The translations under genes were made by a program, and so were the position numbers. A stretch of DNA of 64,000 nt from Ruditapes philippinarum. Lineage: Eukaryota. The number at the start of each line of letters is the position of its first letter. Position 1 is the first letter of the stretch. Location of the stretch: the NCBI RefSeq assembly GCF_026571515.1, contig NW_026858491.1, forward strand, positions 1-64,000, written 5' to 3'. Shown here piece after piece: positions 41,101 to 54,601 of this stretch. The notes below the pieces were generated by a model that saw only the letters and a program-made list of their open reading frames with translations, had not been told where the DNA came from and did not search any database.

Positions 41101-42797
41101 ATCAATATTTTCTAATATCAAATTTGAGCAAAATTTATCTTTAATTTAGATATTGATGATTGTGCTAGTTCACCATGTTTGTATAGAGGGACATGCAATG
41201 ACGGGATCAATTACTACAATTGCACATGTTTGCCTGGGTTTAGAGGAGAGAACTGTGAAATAGGTACGTCGTATATCCAAATCTTTCTTTCATTTTGAAC
41301 ATTACAAACAGAAAATGCATTGCAAAGGATTTACAATGCATGCATAAATCATATACATGTATTCAATTTAATGCGTTTGTCATAACTTATCTACGGTTGA
41401 AACCTTACATGAATTGTGTTTTAACTTCAGGGGGGGGGGGGCACCTTTCTATCTGATCTTTATTTTACGTTCTTTAAAATCATTTATCAAAAAAATCGTT
41501 TAACAGAAGTTTTAAAAATGAAATAAAACGCTACTATTCCGTACTCCTTTTTTCATTTTCTAGTGACACGTTCTTTACATTTCTCTGTCAAATTCGTTTG
41601 GATATTTTTCCTGAATGTAACAAGTGGCTTTCTGGTCAATTTAATGAAAACTTGTTTTCATGAATCTTTATAAATGTCATAAAACAAAAACTTGTTGGTC
41701 TACTATTAACCTTGATTTAACCTTTTCAATCTAAACGGTAATTACGAAAGAAAAACAATACAGTTTCAAGTCAGAATTCAATATAAATAAAAAATAACTA
41801 TGTGATCGATTGTCTTTATTATAGCGCTCAGAGGTTGTGATGATTTACAACCCGAGGACAGAGTAAATGGGGAATATGTAATCTACAATAGCCAAGACAA
41901 GCCATACAAAGTGTACTGCGAATTCCACGCAAGTTATGGCTACACGTTTATTTTAAAAAAAAATGCTGGGAAGGCTGATCTGAACCGCCTCCGGTCATAT
42001 TATACTGAAGTGTTAGTAAGACACTTGCGTTCAAATGGACATCAGTATGATACTACAATGGAACAGATCAGTACTTATTCTTCATTGAATATAAGTATCC
42101 AGTACAATGCTAATATTGATTATAAAACTCCAATCAACAGTGCAACATGGGGCTCTTATTTGTATGTTGGCTTCTTACCTATATCTATCGCAGCAAGTAA
42201 ATCTACACAGGGATACCGAGCAAACGGTAACGACTTCACGTTCTCAAATTGTGATAGTAATCCAAATAGCTACTTAGCTCTCTTTGTCAACCATAACAAT
42301 AACGATCCTAATGGAAAATACAAGAAATGCTGCTACAAACCATTGATGAGATTTTGGATCGAAGATGCTGCTAACCAAGCTCCAAATTACATTCCGTGTA
42401 ATTACTTCTACCAGTTTGAGATGCACATGGGAGGATGTGGTGGATATGCAATCAATGGCTACAACACTTTGGATGACATTGTTGGTGCTGCGTTAGGTTT
42501 CCGCTTTGGTATGTAGGTCAATTTTTTAACTGACTATAATGTAATTCATAATTTTTAAATTTAAAAAATCGAGTGTCTGGCAACGTACTGTATTTTCAAT
42601 AATTCAATATTTTAAATTGACAGCAGCCAAACAATGATATAATAAAAAGTGTAACTTAACATTATTGCAAAAGTATTCAAAATATTCAATGTTACCTTAC
42701 TAGTATTTTAGTAATAGAAGTGCAAGTCGCTTATATAGTTTTAATCTATAATTGACACCCATTTTAATTTTTTCTAATCCATTTTTCAGATATCTAG
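38126..42797 (+). CDS. Secreted protein (~361 aa): signal peptide, Cys-rich segment, EGF-like, calcium-binding EGF, then the uncharacterised ~228-aa domain (copy B)
   Basis: Seven GT-AG exons in compatible phases with no stops: 38126-38152, 38603-38671, 39678-39753, 40177-40284, 41150-41263 ([37 protein letters not shown]), 41825-42508 and 42790-42797. Total 1086 nt. The first exon is least certain. Confidence 0.85.
40352..40500 (-). mobile_element. 5'-truncated SINE (3' portion) in an intron
   Basis: On the minus strand it ends TATGACCTATACTGTGTCGGTGTGACGTAAATCCCAACAAAAA, which resembles a mollusc core-SINE tail. Family recognised from memory, not searched. Confidence 0.55.
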
Positions 42798-44279
42798 AAG
42801 GACTTAATTATTGATAATGTAAAGAGAACATATAAGAATGAAGAAAATCTTTCTATTAAGTACATGTTTTCAAATGTTTATATTTACTTATTATGCCCAT
42901 ATAAATGTATGTATGTCCTCCTTTTTGAGGTTTATGCCCTAATTACTGGGACAAATTAGATGTTGTGCAAAGTTGGGAACATTTGTTTCTATAGATATAC
43001 GGTGTCCTATTTCCTTATTATACCATACAGTGTCCTATTTTCTGATTAAACCATCACTTGGCCGTCATCACAAATAACATAATTTTCTGTTTCTAAAACG
43101 TGACTTTGCTAACACGAATTACATAATGTAACAGATTGTGACTAAAATTATGCCCGTACATTTATTATATATCTTACCTTTAGAAGGAAATGCTTATCAT
43201 GCACTCTAAATGATTTAATATACCAAGTTCCAAAACAAACTGTTAAATAAATATGCATTTAGTACTATACATATGCTTTTGCTCACAAAGGTAGCAAAAA
43301 AATACATCTTATTGATAATGCCTTCCGATGCCTTAAATAATGTAATGTAACCACTACGACTATAAATTTCTGCCCTCATTTTTTTTCCTGACACAAAAAC
43401 AAAGGAAACAAATTATAATGCCTAAACAATATCTATGTTAATCCATTTGTTGGCACAATTATCAAAAAACAGTAATTTGGGAAAACTTGTATGTCTATAC
43501 ATTTACTACAGTCACCACTTCGTTGGCACAAATAACATAATGCTCTAAACTGGGAAATACTTGTATGCATTTACATTTTCTATGCCCTTTATTTTGCTGA
43601 TAATTGTAATATTAAAACCAAGATGGGTTTGGAAAAACTTTAATTGAACCCTTATAATGTGCTGTAAATGTGTTGTACACTTACATACATAAACCGTTTA
43701 GACAGAAAATATATATGTTTAAGCAGAAGATCTAGGTTTCCAGAATCCTGAATAATCTGAATAAAACTCTGGAAATTGTTGAAAAATCATCGAAACATTC
43801 AAAAGAGTCGGACAATTTTATCTGATGAAACACTGCCTGAAATCTGAAACTAGCAAATTATCACTTTATAACATTATTTCCTTTGAATGTTTGAGTACAG
43901 CCATTAAGTTTCAACATCTTGTTCTTTTATATTTGTTTGTATATAATCTTATTATATTTTCTTTCTCATATTGATATAAATTCCTGAACTGGTAATTGAT
44001 GCAAGAAATTGAACAAAAATAATGAACAACCATTTAAACTCGATGAATTTCAATTTTGTGTGCAACAAATCGTCGTCTGGTACAAATTAATTGTTTCCTA
44101 TTTCTTGCTTTCATTATTTGTAAAAATGAAAATTGATGTTTTATCAGGTTACCATATGAATTTGTGAATGGTATTTTGTTTGTTTCCTTGTATTGTGGGG
44201 TTATTGTTTAAATTATTGTACTTGTATATTATTTAATTTACTTGAATAAAACATCTTCTTCTCTCCCTTTTCATGTGTT

Positions 44280-44810
44280 GTGTTCGTTTGTTTGCAAAAA
44301 GATATAATTGCGCAGCGTGGACAACCTATCAGTTGCACTTGTGCCATTTAAAATAGTAAGTTCCATTGGAGATGAATCCATTCTGAAAAATAGTGTTATT
44401 TAATGTCTGAAAGACGCAACAGATATACATCCATCATTTGTGCCAAACATCTTTACGATAAAATCGACGAAAAGTTACAATCAATTCTCCCACAATTGCC
44501 GAAATTGACATATCTGGCTTCCAAAACTTTATTAGCCGCTTTTTGACATTGTGTTCTTTCATCTTCTGCGGAACAGTATAAAACGGACACTCTGAATACC
44601 TTAAGTTACATCGGCCGTATCCGGAAAATCTCGGATAAGCACTTGAATATGATTTGTCGGTCGCAAAGCCAATTCACAGGGCTATTTGCCATCCTGTTCC
44701 CGGCACCTGCCGGACAAGTGATGTACTAGCAACGGCTGGACAAAGTTTAACAAGACAACTGTTTGCATTTCTTATTCCGAAAGGCGTTTGATCTGCTGAA
44801 CAAAAACGAG
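44280..44810 (+). mobile_element. Possible highly decayed non-LTR (LINE) reverse transcriptase remnant
   Basis: Fragments translate to VRLFA and FRKAFDL, resembling RT motifs. No intact frame, and the motif order is unusual. Confidence 0.3.
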
Positions 44811-46224
44811 CATACTTAAGTTAATTTATTACATAACCGTGCAATAATATGTTGTAGAATTGAATGTTTGGAATATTTAACATCGCGACATAAAAATTTA
44901 TGTAGCAAAAAAACGAAAAATCATGAAAATGGCGTCTGTCTTCTAATGGAGGTAATGTAACTGGAATAACTTGTTTTGAGGAAGCAACCAGAATACATAG
45001 ATAGAAAATGAAATTGGTCCATACTAGAGCGAGAGTAAGCGTAACTCAACAGAGAATGGTAAGTATAAAGAAATGTTTAAAGCCCTGTGAACTGTAGAGG
45101 GCCTTGCAAGCAATCTTATTTTATAATCGTTCTCCATGACCATTATCTGAAAGTAAACTTGGCAGAGATTTACTACATTGTGCAACAAAACCCTTTTTCA
45201 AAGTTAATCTCTATATAATAGTTAATATACGCTAGGAAATTGTCATTTGCAATGATTTAAAGAATTTAAGAAAAAATGTCTTAAATAACACGGCTATAAA
45301 CATAAAAAATCTTTAGCTCGTTACGTTTAGATTTTTAAAAAAAGTTTAATTAAACTTTCAAACCATTAAGGGACTTCAGGGGCACCGCCAATTTTGTCAT
45401 ATAATTTTGAGCCTTGCAGGTTGGAAGAATTGGGATTATAAATATTTAACTTTCAATGCCTTCTAAATCCACTGTATTTATGATATACTATGGACTAGAG
45501 ACATTTGCATTCACCGGAAATGTTTCCATTACATTTCCAAAGTTTTACATAAAAGAAGGTGAAACGTTTAATTCCAGTTGCGTATACAATACAATTTATC
45601 GGGTTTTTTTCAATCAGTAGTTTCAGAGATTCAGTAATTTCAGCTGACAGTAACGGTATTGCTACTTCTTATGTTTTTGTTAACTTGCTTTTCAATTTGA
45701 ATTAAAACGATAATTGTCAAGTGCTAAACAGGTCAAAAATAGAAAAAGTGCAAGAGAAGATGTATTTTTTATAATTGATAGCTTTTCTTTTAAACTCCTT
45801 TTTGTACAAGATACATATACAGTCAGAGTTATGCGTTTAAAGCGCCTCCAGATAAACGAAGAAAGATAAAAAGCAAAATATTTTATATGAACAGTTTAGG
45901 AAATGCGGAATTGTTCAAACCTTTATATAATGTAAATCATTTATCGACATGTTACATGCAAAATATGTTCTTATTAATTCCCTTAATCAAATATTTACCC
46001 AATAATAAACACAGTTAGGCTATTAATAACGCACGTATCATGTATTAGTAATTATGTTGCTCAGTTTTGCTTTCTAAGTCGATAAACAAAAAAGATTAAA
46101 TAGTTAATGTTTAAGCAAATATTGGAGAAAGTCGAAAACAACTTTCTGAAGAGTTCGAATGAAGTTTGACCACTTGGTATACATGTATATTTCATTCAAT
46201 TTATTCTTGTTAAGTTCTTGCGTG

Positions 46225-48120
46225 TTAAACCATCGGGATTTCTGAAGTAAATAAAAACAAAAAGTTAAAATTGTTTATCGTTTTGTCTAAAATCTGAACA
46301 TCGTACTAGCCAATTTACGTAAACCTCATATTAAACAATAATGTTTGACAAGGAGAACTTGAATTTTATTTGCAATAATGTTATGTAACATTTTTTAAAA
46401 TTATTTTGCTTGTCAGGCAATTTGCAATGATTCGTTTAAAACTATTGAGAAACGTAAAATCGAAAGGGTTTTCATAGATTAAATAAAAAGTCAGTTAAAG
46501 TATCGTATCAGTTAGTCATAGTATATAAAATATCAGTTAAATAGCTTATTGACCCACTTACCGAAGCGAAATCCTAATGCTGCACCAACTATGTCATTCA
46601 AAGTGTTGTAGCCGTTTATAGCGTATCCACCACAGCCGCCCATGTGCATTTCAAACTGGTAGAAGTAATTACGTGGAAGATATTTCGAAGCTCTTTTACC
46701 CACATCGATCCAATTTCTCATTAATTTAGTATAGCAACATCGCTTGTAATTACCATTTGGATCGTTGTTGTTAGGATTGACAAAGAATGCCAAGTAGCTA
46801 TTTGGATTTGCATCACAGTTTGTAAAAATGTAGTCGACATCGTTGGCTCTGTATCCCTGTTTAGTTTTGCTTTTAGCGATGGATATTGGTAAGAATCCAA
46901 GATATATATATGAACCCATTGTTGCATGATTTATTGGTCTGGGATAACCAACGTTTAAGTTGTACTGCACACTTAGTGGTACGGACGAATGCGAAGAGAT
47001 CTGCTTCATTACAGTATCATACTGATGACCATTTGAGCGCAAATGCCTTACTAACACATGTGAATGTGATTGTCCGAGGCGTTTGAAATCTACCTTTGCA
47101 GTGTTTTGTATGGATATAAAAGTGTAGCCATAGTTATGACGAAAATCGCAATACACTTTGTATTGCTCACCTCGTCTATTGTAGAATGAATATTCCCCGC
47201 TTTTCATTTCATTGAGCTTCAAATTCTGACACGGGCTGGAAGCTTTTAATAGAAAAAAATCACATTCATATAACTTTTCATATTTGAATACATTATAGGC
47301 ACTTTTTTATAGGCACTTTGTATTTAAGACAGTCTTAACCGTACTCAGTAATGAAATATATTTATAATACATTTGTAATAGACAGTAATAACATGTTGTC
47401 GATATATTAAGCAAATAATATGTACTTTTGCAAATCGATTCTTAATATGGTGGTTAATTTACATATCTTTTACTTATAGTCTATATAAAACAGTATGTTA
47501 TGTACTAGCACATGAATGAAGTAAGAAAATATCTGAACGTATGAAAGGGGTTGGATTATTGCAAAAATATTTATTACTTTTATTACAAACTAGAGTTGTA
47601 AACTTATTAGCGAGAGATGCCTGTACAATGTACAAAGCATAACTTCTTCAATTAGTTCTTAATTTGCAACATTCAATTTCCTACAAAAATGTCTTTCGAT
47701 GCAGCCTTACTTCTTCGACATACAGCAAGCAATCATTTAAAGAGAAACATTTAGAAATGAAGTATCCTAGATTGTTTCTTATTCACTATTTCCTTAAGGA
47801 AATTATTTATTTTGATTGAAGATGGATGCACGTTTCAGATGTGTTGTAATATAACCACAAAGGCCTATACGCCCGATAGCTTAACTACAGAACATTTAAA
47901 CCCCTCACCATATTTGCATAAATGCACTACAGAGCAAGAATAATTTGACTTTCATTTAAATTTGAATTTTAAATGCTTATAAAAAATAAAAGCGATAAAA
48001 GTGTATATAACAACAATTTATTCAAAATAACAACTGCCTATGCAAGAAATAATTACCTCCGTCTGATACTCCAGAATAGTTGAATAGAAGGACGAGTGAT
48101 GCAATAACTGTTACCTTCAT
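46225..48120 (-). CDS. Secreted uncharacterised-domain protein, copy C (~253 aa)
   Basis: Exons 48120-48057 (signal MKVTVIASLVLLFNYSGVSDG), 47242-46562 (681 nt, phase 1-1) and 46241-46225 (EIPMV*). GT-AG sites and an open frame throughout. Confidence 0.9.
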
Positions 48121-48871
48121 TGTGTATTCTTCCTGTCTGTTTAAGAATATAATCTTATAAAATAATATCAATAAATCATATTGATAGATTCGTACACTCG
48201 GTGGTACGTCATATATAAAAAATACAAGCACGCAAACACAAAACAAAACATACAGCAAGAAAAAACACAACACAACAACAGCAACCAACAAGAACACATT
48301 GTCACATTTATAATAGTTTTTTTATAAATATTTTCAATTATGTAAATGAATCACATTATGCATAAAGTTAAAGCGTATTCATGAAGGAATGTTCCACTTT
48401 CTATATTATTTAACAATCATTTATGCTACCTGTTCAAATATGTTCATTTTGAAATTAAATGTGTTTTATATAATATATAATATTTTGAAAATATTTTACT
48501 CTGCAAAGACATTGTTCTGATCACGTTATATACATTATATTTGTCTACGCTATGAATATCGTGAAAAGATGTGTTATACATGTACTTGATAAAAACAACC
48601 ACTGTATTGTAGTGCAACTATAAATAATAAATGGCTGCACATCATGAAGATAAATCCTGATGAATTTACACAGACTTTTTTTAAACATAAAAAACAACAT
48701 CTTACTATTTAACAGCAGATTAATAATATAAAGTATTATCAATTTTATGTCATTGATAAGATAATGTATATTCGCAAGTATTATATCATTCTTGTTAAAT
48801 AAAAGTAACCGAAAATTTACTAATATTTTCATGGTGCTTTCTAAAAATTATCAAAGGCTTTTAAACATGAC

Positions 48872-48931
<60 letters not shown>

Positions 48932-48958
48932 TAATGATTATTATTATTATTATTATTG
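48872..48958. repeat. (AAT)n microsatellite followed by a short (ATT)n tract
   Basis: Read directly from the sequence. Confidence 0.95.
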
Positions 48959-51892
48959 TTATAAACAAGTTTGACTTTGTTGAATGTGAGTTTTGCTTTG
49001 TAAGCATCAATTAAGTTGAATAATACTTACACACTTGTATTATCCTTATAGAATACAATTTCTCGGTGATTTTCACGCTGCTTAAATAGTTTGGCAAGCT
49101 GTCAAGAACGAACTAATGAAAACATGATGATTTATTTGCAGCGATAATTAGCTCGCCGGAACTGAGAAGAAAATTCTGGATGTGTTATAATTGGCGGGAG
49201 AATTGAGGGTGGGGGAGGTGGTGCTTATTGAATAATATTTTCTTCAAAATCATATCAAATGGTAATTGAGTACCACGTTCATCATATTGAAACAATTTTC
49301 ATTCTAATTTGCTACCTACATCCGGAAGGACCGAATTTATTTCAATATAATTTGTCTTTGAACCTCATATTGAACGTTTAGTTTGTCCACTATGAAGTTT
49401 TCAAAAAAATGGTGACCCTTTTGGAAGAATAAAACAAAACCACAAAGCACAATGTACATTATCCTCTAAAATCATGTATATTTAAGTAAATATTTTTATG
49501 ACATACCGATCCATATTTTCCCAGCTTTATTTATTTACTGTGACCGTTGTAAATCTAGTAATTTATATTTGCATAAGTAAAACTAGGACCTTGTTTGTTA
49601 AATGTTCTCAGGCGAGTGATGCAGGACCAGCATTGCCTACGTTTGTTAGTTATTTTGTTGTTGTTTTAATTTCAAGTTGACAAAAATATTTGAAATTCAA
49701 CAGATGAATCATTTCGTTACATTCTTCATCTTAATTATCCTGTATGTGGTGATAACAAGTTGGTTGTTCTTGTTTTTTTGTTTAATATGTTTTGTAACGC
49801 ACATCGTGAATTTTTGAAAGACGTCGTCAGTTAAAAAAGAACAACAACAAAACAACGATCTACATGTATACTGATTCAAAAATAAAGACGTGTGCACTTG
49901 GCAAGAGTGAAATATTTCATGCTTTCAGGCCAAATACCAGCAACTTCGGTACCGAAATGTGCAAAGAAAGGATTGATATTGGATTGTGTGGTCGTATCAA
50001 TCTGTAAACTGTGTTATACTTTGAAAGCGAAAATTAAAAAGATAATTTCAACAACCCTGATCGATTACTGAAAGGAAATATATTGTAAGATTCTCGCAGT
50101 AGTCCTTTTTTATGTATGTTTTGTAATAATCCTACATGCTATCTGTTGTAGTGATTGCCTTCTCTTCACTGCAGTGTTTTCGTTTTCAGTATTCAACCGT
50201 GGTTTTGCCTTCCCACAATCTTCCCACAATTAATTTTATTTTATCTTCACAGGAATCTCGTGTTTGTCCATGCCTCTGGCTTCAGCAGTGACTTTCATCA
50301 TTTTACAATGATTTTGTTTTCTTTCATTGAAGTGGTCTTGCTAGGTATCTTACACAGCAATGTCAATATTTGTCTCTGCAATGTTCTTGTCCACTTTAAT
50401 CAGCGGTTTTTCCCCGTCTGTGTATTCACAGTTATGAAGTCTTCTGTTTTTATGATTGTGTTTTGTTCCTGTGTTCTCGTGGTCCTTACTGCCTCATGTA
50501 CCACTTGTGAAACATTTCCTTTATCATTTGGAGTATTAAACATTTTAGGAAGATTAAAAGAATCTATCTTTGGCTAGATAGAGGATAGGGAAATCCCAAC
50601 CCGAGGGTGATCGGTTCAATCGGGATCCAGCCTTGGCGAGTTCCCGATGGAACCGATTGCCCGAGGGTTGGGATTTCTCTATCCTCTATCAACCCAATGA
50701 TTGACTATTTTTCTCACTCACCAGGACATATAAATATTAATCAGTTAAACTACTTTCTATGCGAATTACAGTCGGGCGGTGCTTAGGCGCCTGACTTTCT
50801 ATGGTTGACAAAAGCATTTTACTGTCCACAAACAACTCTACTGATCAAGTTTATGTGTCTAATATTAAATAAAAATAAATTCAGGTGAGATTCGGCACCA
50901 AAAAGCAAGGTTATCATGATAAAATACTTCAATATTTAAAGTGGAAAATGTCATAATATTAGTGTTTATAAGGAATTCAGTTCATACTTCAATGATTGAC
51001 AAAAAGCATTTAATCGTTTGCGAAGATTTTTCTACTGATTCAGTTATTTGGCCAAATATTGGATTAAAATACATTAAAATGAGATTTGTCATTAAGAAGC
51101 ATCGTTATCATTAAAGAAAACGTGGATGATTTCCAGGCCAAGTGTCATTATTTATGCGATTTAAGAAGAATTTCGCGAAATATTAAAGTGTGCTATTTTT
51201 AGGAACAGATCGATAAGGAAAACATCGGACCTAGGTCGAGTATGACTCATTGAAGCGTGAAAGTCATTATCATTTTTTTTCGATTCCGTGGACAATTCAA
51301 TAGATAATCTCACATAGTTGATACATGATTTGACCCTCATGACGTTTTTTTTTTTGTTGTCAAAAAAGAGAGGGTGTAGGAAAACGTGGGTGTTTATTAC
51401 AAACAACACAAGAATGGTGTTTCAATAATGAAAGTATTGTTAATCGTAAAATGTTAAAATCAAATATTTCATCTAATGCTAGAGCGAGAGTAAGCATATC
51501 TCAATAGGAAAAGGCAGGTCTTAAGCTTTATGACTTAAAGAGGGCCTTGCAAGCAATTCTAGTTTATAATCGTTCTCCATGGCTATTATCTGAAAGTAAA
51601 CTTGGCAGAGGTTTGTTACATTATTTTTCAAAATTAATCTATATATATATAATAGTTGAAAGTAGAAATGTCATTTGCAATAATTTGAATAATTTTAGAA
51701 AAATGCCTAAGATAACAAGGTGAAGTAACACATGAAATATCTCTAATCTCTTTGTGTTTTAGTTTTTAATAATTTTTTCTGGGCCTTTCGGGCTTGAAGT
51801 GACATTCAAAATATTTAACTTTCAAAACCTATTTAAGCTGTTGTGTTTAAGATATGTAACGGAATAGGGACATTTATATTCACCTGATATAT

Positions 51893-53699
51893 TGTAGTGC
51901 CCCGGTATTTAATGGTAACTGATACTTACCTGGTGATTTTCATCTATTCTGTGACCTTTTGTTATTTTTTTTCTTTTTGTAACAGTAAATAGATTTGCAG
52001 CTTTCACTGGCTTCCCGTATAAATCAAGACAGTTGGACTGTTTAAATATTCAGCTCAACTTGCCTTATCTATGCGTTTTGCCAGGATTTCTTAGTTTTTA
52101 CATCGCACTGTCTCCGTTCAAAATGTAAACAGTTTGTATTTTCACTTTTGCTGCTCCGTTTATCCTAGTCCGTGAAGTTTTTGTGATAAATCCAGTTTAA
52201 ATCGTTAATAACATATGTTTTCTTTTATTGTGTGAAGTAACTTGTTTAAAATCCATGTTAAACCTTCCAAATTTATTGATTTAATTTGTAATTACTGGCA
52301 CATTGTTGTTGTACAGGAGGCGGCCATTTTGTTATGACAACTTCCGGTTGTATTGCTACGGACGCCGGTGCACTAAGGATATTTTTTCCGTATCGTTTAC
52401 ATTGTCTTGATTTGAGAATAGATAGCTATGGCCAGCTTGTTAAACTGTAGAAAACGTCCTTATCATGTAATTATTTTTGTCTTACATTTCTATCTTTATT
52501 TTTAGTGTCTACTCGGTATGTTTATTCAAGATTTTAAGTTTGCATCACTGCTGCAGTAGATGCGCGCTTTTGCTACGTCATTAATGCTGCATTGATGCGT
52601 TCTTGTGTTATGCTACAAGAATGATGCATTTATGCATCATTTTGTTGCATGCTACATCGGTAGCACTCAGTTTTGTATAAATACCAGACGTCTTGCTGCG
52701 TTCTGGGACTTCAGATATTTTTTTCGGCCTGGGCACCCGTTACTCTAGTAGATTCTAGCTATATATTTTAAGAGCATTTTAAAGCATTTATTTTTCTAAA
52801 AGGTTAGTGTGACTTAACAAAATAGCGAATAGACACTAGACAAAAATTATTTATAGTACATTTTTCTTGGCTTAATAAAAGATTTTATATCTTCAAAGTA
52901 ATATTTTTGTAAGAGAAATCTTGTAATGTTTTTGTAGATTTCTCATTGATAAGTAATAATAGTTTTTCTAAATATCTTTAAGTAAACTTGTGCATTTTAA
53001 ATCATTTATTACCTTGCCATATGAGTTTGAGGCTTGTAGGTTCTATATACAGTGAACAGTAAATTATAAGTTATTCAAATACTTGCACAAGGGTTTAGCA
53101 TTTCAGTAAATATAGTGGTTAGCATTAGGTTGGTAGATAATTTAATGAGTTTTAATTAAGTTGTTAAAGCATTTATTTATGAGCATGTTCTGATTGCTTT
53201 AGATTTAACAGAAATTAAATTGATTATACTTTATCACTTGTCTTTTGTCATTGTGTACAAAAATAGATTTTAATTCTTATTTACCCATACTGGTTGAGAC
53301 CTTCCCCCCCCCCTTTTATTGAGTACTGAAGTCCATAGCCCATTTGTTTGCCCTTCACCCTGAAGCCTAAGTCCTGTATCCTGACAATATTGCAAGGGAC
53401 TCGGAGCATTGGGATAACCAGCCTGGTGAACTGAGCAGTATAAGTGGAGCTGATACCAAGGTCGAGCACTCACACACTCAGTCATCCGGACACTACATTG
53501 TCTATAGCATATTGTATTTTGCAATACCAAGGCCATCCGGACGCAAGGACCGCTAGCACGTAGCATATTTTTAATAAGTGGAGCTGGTATCAAGGTCAAG
53601 CACTCACACACTCATTCATCCGGACATTACATTGTCTATAGTATATTGTGCTATACAATACCAAGGCCATCCGGACGCCAGGACCGCTAGCGCGTAACA
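51893..53699. mobile_element. Solo LTR (~1.8 kb), probably Ty3/Gypsy class
   Basis: TGTAG...TAACA termini with a 4-bp TSD ATAT (51889-51892, 53700-53703). Absent from the paralogous site at ~8585. TATAAA at ~52676 and AATAAA at ~52875. Confidence 0.8.
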
Positions 53700-54601
53700 A
53701 TATTTTCGTGACATATCAAAAGTCCAGATAGAAGATGGTGAAAATATTTTATTAAGTAGCGTATACAATACAATTTATCGTTTCATTCAATCAATTGTAT
53801 ATTAACAAGATATACACACATTAGCATACCACACACATTTACATGACATACATTTACATGACATACATTTATATGACATTCACAAGAAACAAACCTTTAT
53901 ATGACAAAAAGCATCAATACAAATAATGAAAATTAAAAAATAAAAGACTAAAACACTCAGAAAAAGAATATTGTATCGGATTACATTTAATTACATCAGA
54001 AGATATTTAAGTGAAAAGAATAGATTCAGCTAGCTTAGCTGACAGTTACAGTAGTGCTAATTCTTTAGTGTTTGTTCATTTGCTTTTCAATTCAATGAAT
54101 AATTGTCATAATTCTAAATAAAAAAGATAAAAAAATAAAAAGGTGAAAAGGGAGTTTTCAACATCTTATTTGTACATAATAAAGTTAAAGAGTGAGAGAC
54201 ATGCGTCAAAGCCGGTCCCGCTAGAAATTTGCAAAATTTAAATATAAAAACATACTTTTATATGAAGATTTTATGTTTTTATTTTGTATATAATGTATAT
54301 CAGTTATCTAAATGTAATATATGCAAAATATGACTTGATAAATTCCAGTTATCAAATATTTACCCAATAACAAACAAAGTTTGACTATTTTTTGTTTTGT
54401 GTAATTATGTTGCTCAGTTATGCTTTAAAAGAGCTAGAATAATTTTTGTTTACATATTTCATGTTATTTCTGTAAAAAAAATCGAAACAAACATGATCAA
54501 ATTACATGGTTAATGTAATAAGAAATAAGTAACTCATAAACTACAAGCAAACTATTTTGAAAGATGTCCATTTCAATAAATGTCTGTTTAGTCCTTGCGT
54601 G

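Noticed and set aside
46533-46561. C-terminal KWVNKLFN / KWVNKLSN in the ORF track for copies C and D
   Set aside because: This is read-through into an intron. A GTAAGT donor follows FRFG in each minus-strand copy, and a conserved short terminal exon exists.
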